From Nemertoderma westbladi (taxonomy: Eukaryota; Animalia; Xenacoelomorpha): DNA of 64,000 bases. The notes under the pieces are model-generated. The model was not told the DNA's origin. It worked only from the letters and a program-made list of their open reading frames with translations, and made no database searches. This document shows, piece after piece, positions 32,806 to 45,800 of this stretch. Where the stretch lies: NCBI GenBank assembly GCA_032718475.1, contig JAUCBJ010001408.1:22022-86021 (forward strand), in the 5' to 3' direction. Numbering within the stretch: the stretch's first letter is position 1; every line of letters starts with the position of its first letter. Both the position numbers and the translations under genes were made by a program.

Positions 32806-35800
32806 TATACAGTAAAGTGCGCCTTATACAGTAATATGGGTCCTGCGTGCACCTGTAGAACAATAGAATCGAAAAAAAGTAAAAAGCCCACCACCCTAAT
32901 TATTTCAGGATTCCAATATTGGTTTGAATAATTGGTTTAGGTTGGGAATAACAGTTTGGACCCATTTGATCACATCCGATGCATGCAGGAAGTTCTTTCT
33001 TTGAGTCATTGATCTTTCTTCAATGTGTTATATTGTTATATATCTCATTATGGTGCATCGCGACGGCTCAAAATTTAACCCTCTTGGGATCCGTGAAGAT
33101 ATAGACGAAATTTAAATAATTTTTTTTTGCCTTACTTTTTTACCATTTAGCAACTTTTGTGCACCTGTAGAACAATAGAATCGGAAAAAAAGTAAAAAGC
33201 CCACCACCCTAATTATTTCAGGATTCCAATAATGGTTTGAATAATTGGTTTAGGTTGGGAATAACAGTTGTTCTCTGACATTTCATATTTCGTTAAGGAC
33301 CATTTTGGTTGCCGTATTTTTGGCCGCTTTTTTTGCTACGTTTTCCCCGCGTTTTTGCCACGTTTTTTCCATTGCTTGACTTTAACACAATTCATAAAAT
33401 AGTGTATTCTAGAATACAGAGGTAGTACGTTGAAACAACAGGACAAGGAAACAACAGGTCTAACATTATAATTTTAAATAATTGTTAATTCCTGTATTCT
33501 ATATATTCTCATATATTCAATATTATATATTATCATATATTCTATATTATTCATATATTCTCATATATTATATTCCTTATAGATTCTCATATATTCTTTA
33601 TATATTCTCATATATTCTTATATTTTTTAAATAGATTATGTTGTCGTACTGATAATGTTTTTGGCAGTTTGGAAAACAATATATTTTTTTGAGTGTATAA
33701 ACCGGGGTTTAAGGAAACATCCAACCCACACTTTATAAGGTAAAACTTCCCTTCTTTGTCGCAGACGCCTGTTGGATTTACAGGCGAAAGGAAAAGAGCT
33801 GAGAGCAGAGAGCTTATGCATTCAATAAAGTATCATAAAGGCAATCAAAGGCGGCAAGTATTAAGACCTTTATAGAACAATTATTAGTAACTAACCTTAG
33901 TATAGATACCATTGTATGTTAATTATTACTTTAAATTACATTCTCATGATTAAATGTCACATAAAGACTGCTGCCGCCTGGCTTCCAGTTACATACACGT
34001 TCGTGGGGCCTTCGCGCAGCACGAGGCCCAGTTATGAGATACAAATTAAAATTGAGCGACTGTATCACAAAATCAGGTTTTGAGAAATTTACCCACACCA
34101 CCAATCAATCAAAGAAAGGGGACAGTACGTGTTCACCCCTTTTAATCTCCCCCCCCCCCCACCCCCCACCCTTCCCAACCACCAATACATAACCGCGACA
34201 TCTACCACCCACGGAAGGGTAGCACGAACTTATTTCCAATCGCACGTTCAATATGCAAAGCCAGGTGGTTTATAGGAATATAATAAAAGCAGTACTCGTT
34301 TTCATTATAAGCCTCGTTGCGTTCGTCCTGTTTTGTATTTAAATATATTTCTTAAACGCAGGCTAGGACGATCTTTATAATAATAACTAGAAAGCCCGTG
34401 GCCTTCGGCCACGGCTTTCTAGTTCACAAGCTTCTATACAATCAATCAATCAATGGACAATATCAAACATAAATAAATAAATTAATTAACTTAACAAAAC
34501 TTTACATAAGACTAAGAGACTGATCCCGTTTTAGTTGCAGCTACATACAATAATAAACATAGGCTTTATGTTGTAGTAGATACTGTACCTTCCAAGTAAC
34601 ACCTCCAATGGATTACAAATAATAAAATGGGAAAAGGTTTTAACTGTGTGTGATATTTTCCCCTTAGTGGAAAACTGCATAACTGCAGAGTAGAGGTTAG
34701 CGTCCTCGCAAACATAACCTATAGTGCAGTAGGTCACTGCAGCAACTCTATCGTATTAAAATGGAAGGTTTTAATTTCAGACATTTCGCCCCCTAGTGGC
34801 AGACTGCATAATTCTGCACTGGTTAGCGTTCTCCTCAAACACGAAGACTATGGTGTAGTAGTCCTCTGCCAAGTGCTAAGTATCAGCAAAAAAGCATTCA
34901 TAAACAACAAAATTGTAGGTTTCCTCTTTTAGACATTTCATCCCCTAATAGCGGTTGACTGGGGAACTGTAGACGATTCTGTGACTCCGTAAAGATACAG
35001 CCTATGGTGTAGTAGATAGCTACCAAAGCATTAAAAACAACCAAATGAGATCAGGTTTTCACTATCGGACAATTCGCCCTCTAGCGGCGGACGGTGGAAC
35101 TTCAGACGGCTCTGAGTATTACTTTGCAACGAGTATGGGCGAGACCTTTCTAACAAGCTATATAATAACATAATAGCTATATAACTAACAAAACAATAAA
35201 CTAACACAATAGAACAGGTTCCAGTTTTATTTTTGAGAGTAATCAGCTGTTATTTGCGTCGAATTTCCCCTGGAGAGGGATGAATTTTTATTGCCCCTAT
35301 CTGAGCCGATGATAAACATACATCCAGACCAGACAGATAATAATTGATATTTATATTTATTAGTTTTTAAATGCATGTATAATATTAGATAAAATAATAA
35401 TACAGTAAGCAGGCCTACAGAAATAATCACTTTTAATATTCAGAACAGTAAAATAATAAAAAAAATATAATGTTATAAACCTCTCTTTCCACACAGCCAT
35501 TATTGATTGAGAAAGCAGAATTAGTCTTGGACAGTTCGCAACAAACAACCTACCCCAATCAACACTCCAGCCTGGCTTGCTACTTACCTGTGCCCAGCTA
35601 GCTGCGAGTTCAATAATTACCTTAACGTTGCTATGATACAGAAAAAAATCCTTCCCTATTCACTACAGCACTAAGAATAGGCCAATTCGATCGTGCTTGG
35701 CGAATATGACATATTTATACACTGTTTGATTTTTAATCAATAAATAATCATACATATTTATATTAAACACTCGAATAAACTAAATACTTTGTGAGAATGG

Positions 35801-38800
35801 GACACGGCGAATCTACTCATGTTAATTTTATACCAGATGGGATAAATGTTAGCCCTCTAAATAATTAATTACCGATAGAAGAACCGAAATAATTCGATAA
35901 ATTTCGCCCGAACGAACACAAAATTCGCATTCACGCAAGCAAACGCGTAAAATAAGACTCGAGATAGCGACAGTGCACGTGCTCGTGACGAGAGCTTTCG
36001 TTCGATGTATCGCGAGCTCAGATTGGTGCTTGTGTGTAGAAACGTATAGCTTGGACAGACAAACAAACAAACAGACAGACAGACAGACAGACACATGATA
36101 TTTATATATATAGACTAGAAAGCCTGTGGCCCTTCGGGCCACAGCTTTCTAGTGCACGTGCAGATGATATATGAATATGTGTGGGAGATTGGAGAACTGC
36201 ATACGGAACAGACACCATCATTAAATAAAACACCACCCCCATAAGAGATAACTGTCAAGTTTCAACTTTAGTCAGATTGTAAATAACAACATTGGTGTAG
36301 ATGTTCACATTCAGACTTCTACAGTAGCGGTAGACTGAAGAACTGTAGACGACTCTGGGACTCAGTAAAGATACAGAATATGCTGTAGTAGATTCCTGCC
36401 AAGTTTCAGCTCAAAGGGATTAAAAACAACCAATTGGGATGAGGTGTTCACTATCAGACAATTCGCCCTCTAGCGGCAGATAGGGGAACTGTATACAACT
36501 CTGCGACTCAGTAAAGGTAGAGCCTATGCTGTAGTAGATGCCTACCAATTTTCAGTCTAAACCGTTTGTAAATAACAAAGTTGGAGAAGATGTTAACTTT
36601 CAGACATTTCACCCTCTAGCGGTAGACTGGGGAAGTGTATAGGACTCTGCAACTCCGTAAAGATAGAGCCTAGGACGTAGTAGATACCTGCCAAGTTTCA
36701 GCTCAAAAGGATTAAAAAGAACCAAATGGGATGAGGTTTTCACTATCAGACAATTCGCCCTCTTGCGGCTGACTGTGGAACTGTAGACGACTCTACTACA
36801 CCGCAAAGATATAGCCTATGCTATAGTAGATGCCTACCAAGTTTCAGTCTAAAAGGATTGTAAATAACAAAGTTGGAGAAGATGTTAACTTGCAGACATT
36901 TCGCCCTCTAGCGGTAGACTGGGAAATTGTAGACGATTCTGCGACTCAGTAAAGATACAGCCTATGCTGTAGTAGATGCCTACCAAGTTTCAGTCAAAAC
37001 GGATTGTAAATAATAAAGTTGGAGAAGATGTTAACTCTCAGACATTTAGCCCTCTAGCGGTAGACTGGGGAACTGTAGACAAATCAGTGACTCTGGAAAT
37101 ATACAGCCTATGCTGCAGTATATAGCTACCAAGTTTCAGCTCAAAAGCATTAAAATAACAAAGTTGGAGAAGATGTTAACTTGCAGACATTTCGCCCTCT
37201 AGCGGTAGACTGGGAAATTGTAGACGACTCTGCGACTCAGTAAAGATTCAGCCTATGCTGTAGTAGATGCCTACCAAGTTTCAGTCAAAACGGATTGTAA
37301 ATAATAAAGTTGGAGAAGATGTTAACTCTCAGACATTTAGCCCTCTAACGGTAGACTGGGGAACTGTAGACAACCCAGTGACTCCGGAAATATACAGCCT
37401 ATGCTGCAGTATATAGCTACCACGTTTCAGCTCAAAAGCATTAAAAACAACCCTATAAGATCAGGTTTTCACTATCGGATAATTCGCCCTCTAGCGGCAG
37501 ACGGTGGAACTTCAGACGGCTCTGAGTATTATGTTGCAACGAGTTAGGGCGAGACCTATCTAACGAGCTATAGTAAGCGAGATTTCATCGAGATTAGATG
37601 TATAATATTAGATAAAATAATAATACAGTAAGTATAGGCCTACAGAAATAATTATTTTACTTTTAATATTCATAACAGTAAAACAAAAATGTTATAAACC
37701 TCTCCTTCCATGCAGCCATTGATTGAGAAAGCAGAATTACTCTGAGCAATTCGCAACAGACAACCCAAACCCACCCCAATCAACACTCCAGCCTGCTTGC
37801 TCCTTATCTGTGCCCAGCCAGCTAGCTGCGAGTTCAATAATTACCTTAACGTTGCTATGATACAGAAAACAATCCTTCCCTATTCAATAACTATAGGCCA
37901 ATTCGATCCTGCTTGGCAAATATGACATATTTATACACTATTTGATTTTTAATCAATAAATAATCATACATATTTATATTAAACACTCGAATAAAATAAA
38001 AACTTTGTGAGAATGGGACACGGCGAATCTACCCATGTTAATTTTATACCAGATGGGATAAATGTTAGCCCTCTAAATCATTAATTACCGATAGAAGAAC
38101 CGAAATAATTCGATAAATTTCGCCCGAAAATCACGAAAATCGCCCTCTAGCGGCAGACGGGCGAACTTCAGACGGCTCTGAGTATTACGTTGCAACGAGT
38201 TAGGACGAGACCTTTCTAACGAGATATAGCAAGCGAGATTTCATCGAGATGGGTTCGATTGTATAGCCGATGACAAACACACAGACAGACAGACAATCGA
38301 TATTTATATACTAGACTAGAAAGCCTGTGGCCCTTCGGGCCACAGCTTTCTAGTGCACGTGCAGATGATATATGAATATGTGTGGGAGATTGGAGAACTG
38401 CATACGGAACAGACACCATCATTAAATAAAACACCACCCCCATAAGAGATAACTGTCAAGTTTCAACTTTAGGCAGATTGTAAATAACAAAATTTCCAGA
38501 AAATGATCACTTTCAGATCCACCCTCTACCTGCGGACTGGTGAAATGCAGACGGCGCTGCAGTTTGGTAAAGATGGGGTTTATGGTGAAGTAAAATGCCT
38601 GCCTTTCAAGTTTCAGCTTAAACAGATTGTAAATAACAAAATGGGTGTAGATGTTTACATTCAGACATTTCACCCTCTAGCGGTAGACTGAAGAACTGTA
38701 GACGACTCTGGGGCTCCGTAAAGATACAGAATATGCTGTAGTAGATTCCTGCCAAGTTCCAGCTCAATAGGATTAAAAAGAACCAAATGGGATGAGGTGT

Positions 38801-39072
38801 TCACTATCAGATATTTCGCCCTCTAGCGGCAGATGGGGGGACTGTATACAACTCTGCGACTCCGTAAAGGTACAGCCTATGCTGTAGTAGATGCCTACCA
38901 AGTTTCAGTCTAAACCGTTTGTAAATAACAAAGTTGTAGAAGATGTTAACTTTCAGACATTTCACCCTCTAGTGGTAGACTGGGGAAGTGAATAGGATTC
39001 TGCAACCCCGTAAAGATACAGCCTATGATGTAGTAGATACCAACCAAGTTTCAGCTCAAAATGATTAAAAAG

Positions 39073-39755
39073 AACATAAGTCACAATCGTTTATCTGTAA
39101 CCTTTCTCTCTTACCTTCGGTATATCAAGAATATTGGGTTTCGGGGTTGTTTCTCGTTATTCCAAATATAATAATTCATCCACAAATATAATGAATAACC
39201 GACAGCAAATAGCAGTATAAAACAACAACTGAACACTGATTGTTATGAGTTTGCAATGTTTCAGCAGTCAGTAGTATGCCGTGTGTTTGGTATGGTTAGG
39301 TGCGTTTTGCCAGTTAAAAGATATATGTCCTTATAATTAAACCTACTAGTGTTGAGCTAAAAAGCAGAAAAGCACAAAACACTATAAAGCCGTTCTTTCG
39401 TGGCTTTGAAAAACTCGTGACTACGAGAATACCAACTACACTTATTCCACGAAGCTCCCGTTCAACACAGAGGATGAGCAGTGAGATAGGAAAATTTCAG
39501 TTCAGTAGCTCAGGATTGGTTAAAATCCAGGATAACTCAAATTCTATTGGGAGATACAAAACAGGGCTATGACGCAACCCTCTTAGGCTAGTTGGACGAT
39601 TAAACAGAGCCCAGATACCTGCATACCGCAAATCAGCCAATAAGCTGGTAGCTTACACTATTTTAACTATAGATCCCCTTTTGAGTATTTCTAGCGACAG
39701 GGGGGGAACTGGTTGGCAAGGCAAACGAATCAGTTATCCCACAAAAGCTTTTACA
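39073..39755 (-). repeat. BEL-B 3' LTR (truncated, U5 end missing)
   Basis: Starts TGTAAAAG after the PPT GGGAGCGG and ends abruptly in host repeat at AAC microhomology. Confidence 0.9.
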
Positions 39756-42700
39756 CCGCTCCCAGAAAATGGGATTTAAGTCTATAAAATATACAAAATC
39801 ACAGTTTCTAAAATATAAAAATACTCTAAACAGTTAGTCTTTCTTGCGTGGACGGCGTTTACGCAGTTTCTTGAGGCTAGCGAGAGTCCTTTTCTCTTTG
39901 GGGCGAGCCACTTTATGAGGAGGGCTGTAGCTCCTAGGCGAAGGGTGCAATATGATTGCATTAGAAGGTTTGGGTTTACGGTCGGTGTCTCGTCCATTTC
40001 GATATGCTTCTCCTCGAGCTGATTTTCCTCCGCTTGTCATGGGATACGTTCGTACAAAACTCTCGCAAAGAATAGGGTTTTCTAAGCTTGATATCTTCTT
40101 AGAGATTCGAGATTTCTCAATCGAACTGAGATAAGGCCAATTCGTTTATCGATTGGACTTACTGTTATAACTTACGTTTATCTGAACAAACGCAGATTTC
40201 TTTTTTGATCTTTATAGAATAGCGTTTAACTTGTTTCGTACAACGCTCTCCTTCACCTTGATGAAGGGTTGTATCGCGTTAAACGGGACGACCATACGGT
40301 TGGATAGTGATATTAGGTGTCCGCGTCATAATCCGGCTAGGTAAGATGGGCGGCTAGGTAGAAATCACTGTCGGAGTGTTACCGATTAATTGTTAGGGTA
40401 GCACTAGATCTTTGAACAGTGAATACAGTCCGCGAGGATCCGCGACACCACCAGGATCGCAGGTCTGAGGTCCAACTGAGGAATGAGGAGGTTTGACCGA
40501 GTATTCCGGGACTTTGATCGTAGGTTTACTCCAGGATCGTTAGAGCCGAGTGAGCATAGGTGATACGTCAAACAAGTTTCGCTCGAAACTCGAGTAAATA
40601 TAACGAACACAACTGTGTTTAACACAACGTTTCTGTGGATGTTTATGTCTTTCCGTTTATTGGCTGGGTCTAGGGCATTTACCGTAATAATACCAAAGAC
40701 GCACGTCTGGTAGGGGAAACGCGGGTGATATTTATTTGTTGTTACAATGCTTCTGTCAAGAATTCCAAATATACGTTGGAGTTACCGCGTTTATTTGTTT
40801 CTTTAGTGTCTTTTCTTTCGAGTCGATTTCGAATAGAAATTTCGCATTCGAATTTCAGTTTATGGTTCCGACTCCGCTGGGCAGGATATATAGTCGACAT
40901 AGTCCGTATTATGTAAATCGATAGGATGACCAATAGTTAAGAAGACCATATACGTACCATTACGCTGCGTATATCGAGCGGCGAATTTTCTATAGTCCAA
41001 CTCGCGCGCGAGCTGCTCTTGGGACATTGGCGGTTCGATATAACGACCATCGTCCTCCGTAGCAGTTGGACTAACGTCGCCGCGTATTAAGCTATCAACA
41101 AACGCTTGTAAAAGTAGAGTATATCACTCCCCGATACCAAGACCATCTTCTATCAACTCCGTCATATCTGCTATATATGAGTTTATCCATATTATAATGA
41201 GTTTATATTTAGGCGAGCGGGCGTCGCTGCCTACTCCAATCAACCCCCGGACAGTACGAGATCCTCAGCGCCGATGTGTCGTCGCCGCTGTACTTTCGCC
41301 AACGACGTAGCCGCACAACGACAACGACAACCGGCACAAGTCACTCGACTGTCCATCCCAAAGGCTTAGATATACCTCAGGTTCTTACTGGAGAGTTAGG
41401 GTTACTTTCACAATTGCGACTCGCTACTGTAAACACACCTTAGTAGTAACATTCGCCTATAAACTCACAAATACCACACACACAACTTGTCACAAATTAC
41501 ACACACTCGGGTCACTTGTCCGTTAGTCAATGCCTTCCAGAATGTCACTGTATTATTATGTATCCTTGGATACTAGCAGTGCGCTATTTATTCCCTATGC
41601 TATTCAATGGGACAAGCTTTCTATTGTTCCTTTAACTCAATTCTAATTCTAGCGTGGTTGTTGCTATGGTGACATTATGTAAAGCTAGCGGTAGAATTAG
41701 GTTAATTCCAATGCATACAGATCTGGGATGTTATTTAATAGTAATTCTTTAATAGTCAATGTCCTGTTTATACATGACTTTATGAATTTTATCGGCTATT
41801 GACTATGTTGGGGAGACTTTCGTACACGCATACGCATAATAATATAAATCTCCGCTCCCTTGATCTATTAATTAATGGAATTTTGGGAATGTTATAAATT
41901 GCGTAAAAAGGCAATTTATTAAATTCATTAAAAAACATGAATTTAAATTTATTCCCTGAAATTTTATTATTTGATAATTAGATAGACATATTTTGATTCT
42001 AGAACATGTCTAGGGACACAAGATCCTTAATTCTAAGAAATTTGTCTCTTTAAGAATATCGGTAAATGCTACGATATCTTAATTGACTAGAATTGTTGAA
42101 GGATCTGAATTTTACAGATTTTGACTTATTTGATTTGCAAATATTAAATAATTAATATTTGAGATGGGCACCGATTTATTCCAGAACTTGTCTGGGGACG
42201 TTAACCACTGATTCTATAATTTGTCTTTCAAGTATATCGGTGGGTGCCACGATATCTTAATCGACTAGAATTACAGATGGTCAAAGGGTTTAACAGATTT
42301 ATTTTGCGTTATACGCTAATGTTAAAGGGACATCACGCTACTATATGTATTATTTAATATACGGTATGAGAGCAATATCGCACGAAGCAATGTCAGTGTG
42401 AAGAGGCAAGTCGTTTCCAAGGTCTACCCAGAGCTTGGTTTAGCCGAGACACGAGGATCTGAACTTTGCATTCCTAATACTCTGCCTACCAATAATACTT
42501 GAATATAGTAGTGGCTTTATTGTACTTTAATAAGTAAGGACATTTCATCTTACTGTAGTTACGTATTTATAATATAATACGGACAGTAAGGAAAGAGAAA
42601 AATTAATTATTTCTTCGCCGTCGCACTAAATATAATATAAGTAATTACGTACGTAATAAACACGAATATATTGCACTATTCTACTAAATAATAGCTAAAT

Positions 42701-42818
42701 AATATTCTACTAAATTAAATAAAACGATTATAATATAATTACATAGTAATACATACATAAATATAAAAATAATAAAATAATATAAAATAATAGAGTCACA
42801 CGCCCACTCCGAACGATA

Positions 42819-45800
42819 TTAAGTTGGGGAGTCCCTAGATGTCGGTTGGATTAGGGAAGTGGTCGTGGGAAGAGTTTCTTGTCTTCCATAGTTTCCGCAG
42901 AGCTCTCTGTCTCTTTCCAGTAAACATAAACGACCCACTGGGCGATTGAGCTGTTGAGTCTCAAAGACTATCCCTGGTTTCTTAAAGTTCCGCCGCATGA
43001 CGACGAGCTCTACTGATCTCACCAAACCATCGCTCGAGATATAAGTCTCGATGATACGTCCTGTTTGCCATCGCTTACGTGGGAGATCGGGGTCCACAAT
43101 AAGCACCATGTCTCCAGCGCTGACGTTTTGTTGCTGCGCAAACCACTTAGTTCGAAGTTGTAGAGTGGGCAGGTAATGTTTCTCGAAATGGTCAGCGAAA
43201 CGACGGGATAGCAACTGCATAAGTTGCCAGGTTCGACGACAGTACTCGTCTCCGTCTGTGATCTCCGATCGTGGGAGCATGGCTACGGGCTTCTTCAGTA
43301 GAAAGTGCGCGGGTGTTAGCGCTTCCAGGGAATCCGGATTCGAAGAGACTGGCATAAGCGGTCTTTCGTTGAGATAGGCGGCGATTTCCTCCATTAACGT
43401 CCGCAATAATTCGTCGGTGAGATAAGCGCAACAAGGCACAATAAAGTGGAACGCAGTCTTCACGCTCCTAATCAATCTCTCCCAACTTCCTCCCCACCAA
43501 GGGGCGTCGGCGGCGTTGAAGGTCCAGCTAGACGCTGTTATCCTTAGCTGATCGTCCACCTGTCTTATGTTCCAGTCCTTTACGTAAGCTTGAATTTCGT
43601 TATTGGCGCCAATAAAGTTCGTTCCCTTATCCGATCTCATCGTGTTACTGGTTCCGAAGCGAGCGATCTGTCGTCGTAAACTCAACACGAAGCTGTTGGT
43701 GGATAGATCGTTTACCATATCGAGATGGATAGCTCTACAAGTCATACAAACGAAGATGACACACCATCTCTTGACTATAGTCCGGGCACGATATACTTCA
43801 ATAGGACCAAATAAATCCACACCGGTATTAGTAAAGGGTGGTTCATAGAAGCTTACTCTTTCCCTAGGTAATTCTGCCTCTCGCTGTGTTAAAGGCCTAC
43901 TGAATGCTTTCCTACAGGGTATGCAGTTCCTAAGAACTTGGTTCAGATCCCTACGAGGTTTATAAAAATAGTAGCGAGTTCGAATTTCGCTCAGAACTCG
44001 TTCTCTACCAGCATGATACAGTTTGCTATGAACATCTACAATTATCTTGATTTGTATGTCAAGATTTCTAATAAGTATGGGAAACTTAGTGTCAAAGGAT
44101 AATGGGGCGTTTGTTAGTCGACCACCAACACGTATTAACCCATCTATCATGGTACTAGAGAAGCGATCCCTTAAGCGCATCTGTGGATTTCTTAACAACA
44201 GGAAATACTTATCGGAATCCTCATAACATTGTAGGAGTCTCAGCATCTGTTTGTTGGTTTCATCATGCTCATGGTAACTGATCTTCTCTTTTAGAAACCG
44301 GTCGGATATCTTGTATTTAGGAAGATCTTTAACAACATGGACTCGTGCAGATGTTGATGGAGCCTCATCACTATTGACCTTTGTCCCGGAGTAACGATGA
44401 TGAAAACATCGTTTCAAATAAGTAACAGCTTTACAGAGCCGATTCCAGGAGCTGTAGTGACGTATCGCTCTCTGCAAGAGAGGTGAGAGTCCTTGCGTGA
44501 TATCTGGTATTCCAGATTTCCAATCCTTGTCACGGATTTCCAAGACTTCTTTGGTCGTGGCGGTGGGTTTCTGATCCAAAGCATCCTCTCCGGAAGTAAA
44601 TAATACAGATAGATCAACCGCAGATTTAAACAACTTCGATTTACTCGCTCGAGTTTTGGGTTTAACTTTCTCCGCTCCCTTGGCCTGTCTGATCTCTGCT
44701 GTTGTGAGGTGGGGAGGCCATTCTTCTTCTTCTTGGTAGAGAAAGTTGGGTCCTCCTAACCATTCGGGAGTATTTACCAACTCCTTTGGAGTCGCTCCTC
44801 GGGAAGCGATGTCTGCTGGATTAATCGTTCCGGGGCAATGTCTCCATTGGTCCATCGTCGTGCGACTAAGTATGATGGCTACTCTGTTGGTAACGAAGAC
44901 GCTGAACTGACAGACTTCATTGGTTATATACTCTAACACGAGTAAAGCGTCGGTCCAATAGACAGTTTTCTCTAATGGATAGTCAATCTGTTCTGTTACA
45001 TTCCGGCCGATGGCTGTAGCGTATAGAGCCGCCTTTAACTCCGCTCGAGGAACTTTCAACTTGTTGTTGATTAATGCCTTAGAAGTAACCAAGGCGACTT
45101 TGATTCCATCCGGAGTTTCCACTCTTAGGTAGGCTACTATACCTATTCCCATATCGCTGGCGTCTCCAAACACATGGAGTTGATAGGAATACGTAGGGAG
45201 AACATGACCAAAATATGAACGGGAAATTATAAAATCTTCGATCGCCGGTAGAGAATCTTCCCATTTCATCCACTTCTTTAATAATTCTCCCTTAAGTGGA
45301 TCGTCCCATGAGTGGTTTTCAAGCCACATTTGTTGTACCAAACTACGAGCAATCAATATAACTGGGCTAATAAATCCCAATGGATCGAAATAAGTGCTCA
45401 GTATACTTAAGCAAATCCGTTTGGTTCGCACTGGATTATCTCGCTGTTTTAGTTGGAAAAACAGGATATCTCTCTCTGTGTCCCATTTCAAGCCGAGTGT
45501 CTTGGTTTCTGGCAGATCATCTTTGATCAAATCGAGGTCTTTCGCTCCTCGATCCTCCGCAGGAATCGACTCCAGAAACTCACGGGAGTTGCTGGTGAAT
45601 TTCGTTAATCGAAACCCACCTCTTTTTAAGCACTCTACCGTTCCTTTAGCGACCTCAATGGCTTCCTCAACTGATGGAAGGGACTTCAGATTGTCGTCCA
45701 TGTATATGTCTCGCTTGATGTTGTCGATCACTTCCTTAGAGAAGGCCTCTCGGTTGTCCTCTGCAGTGGTACGCACTACTGAACAGGCGTTGGAAGGGCT

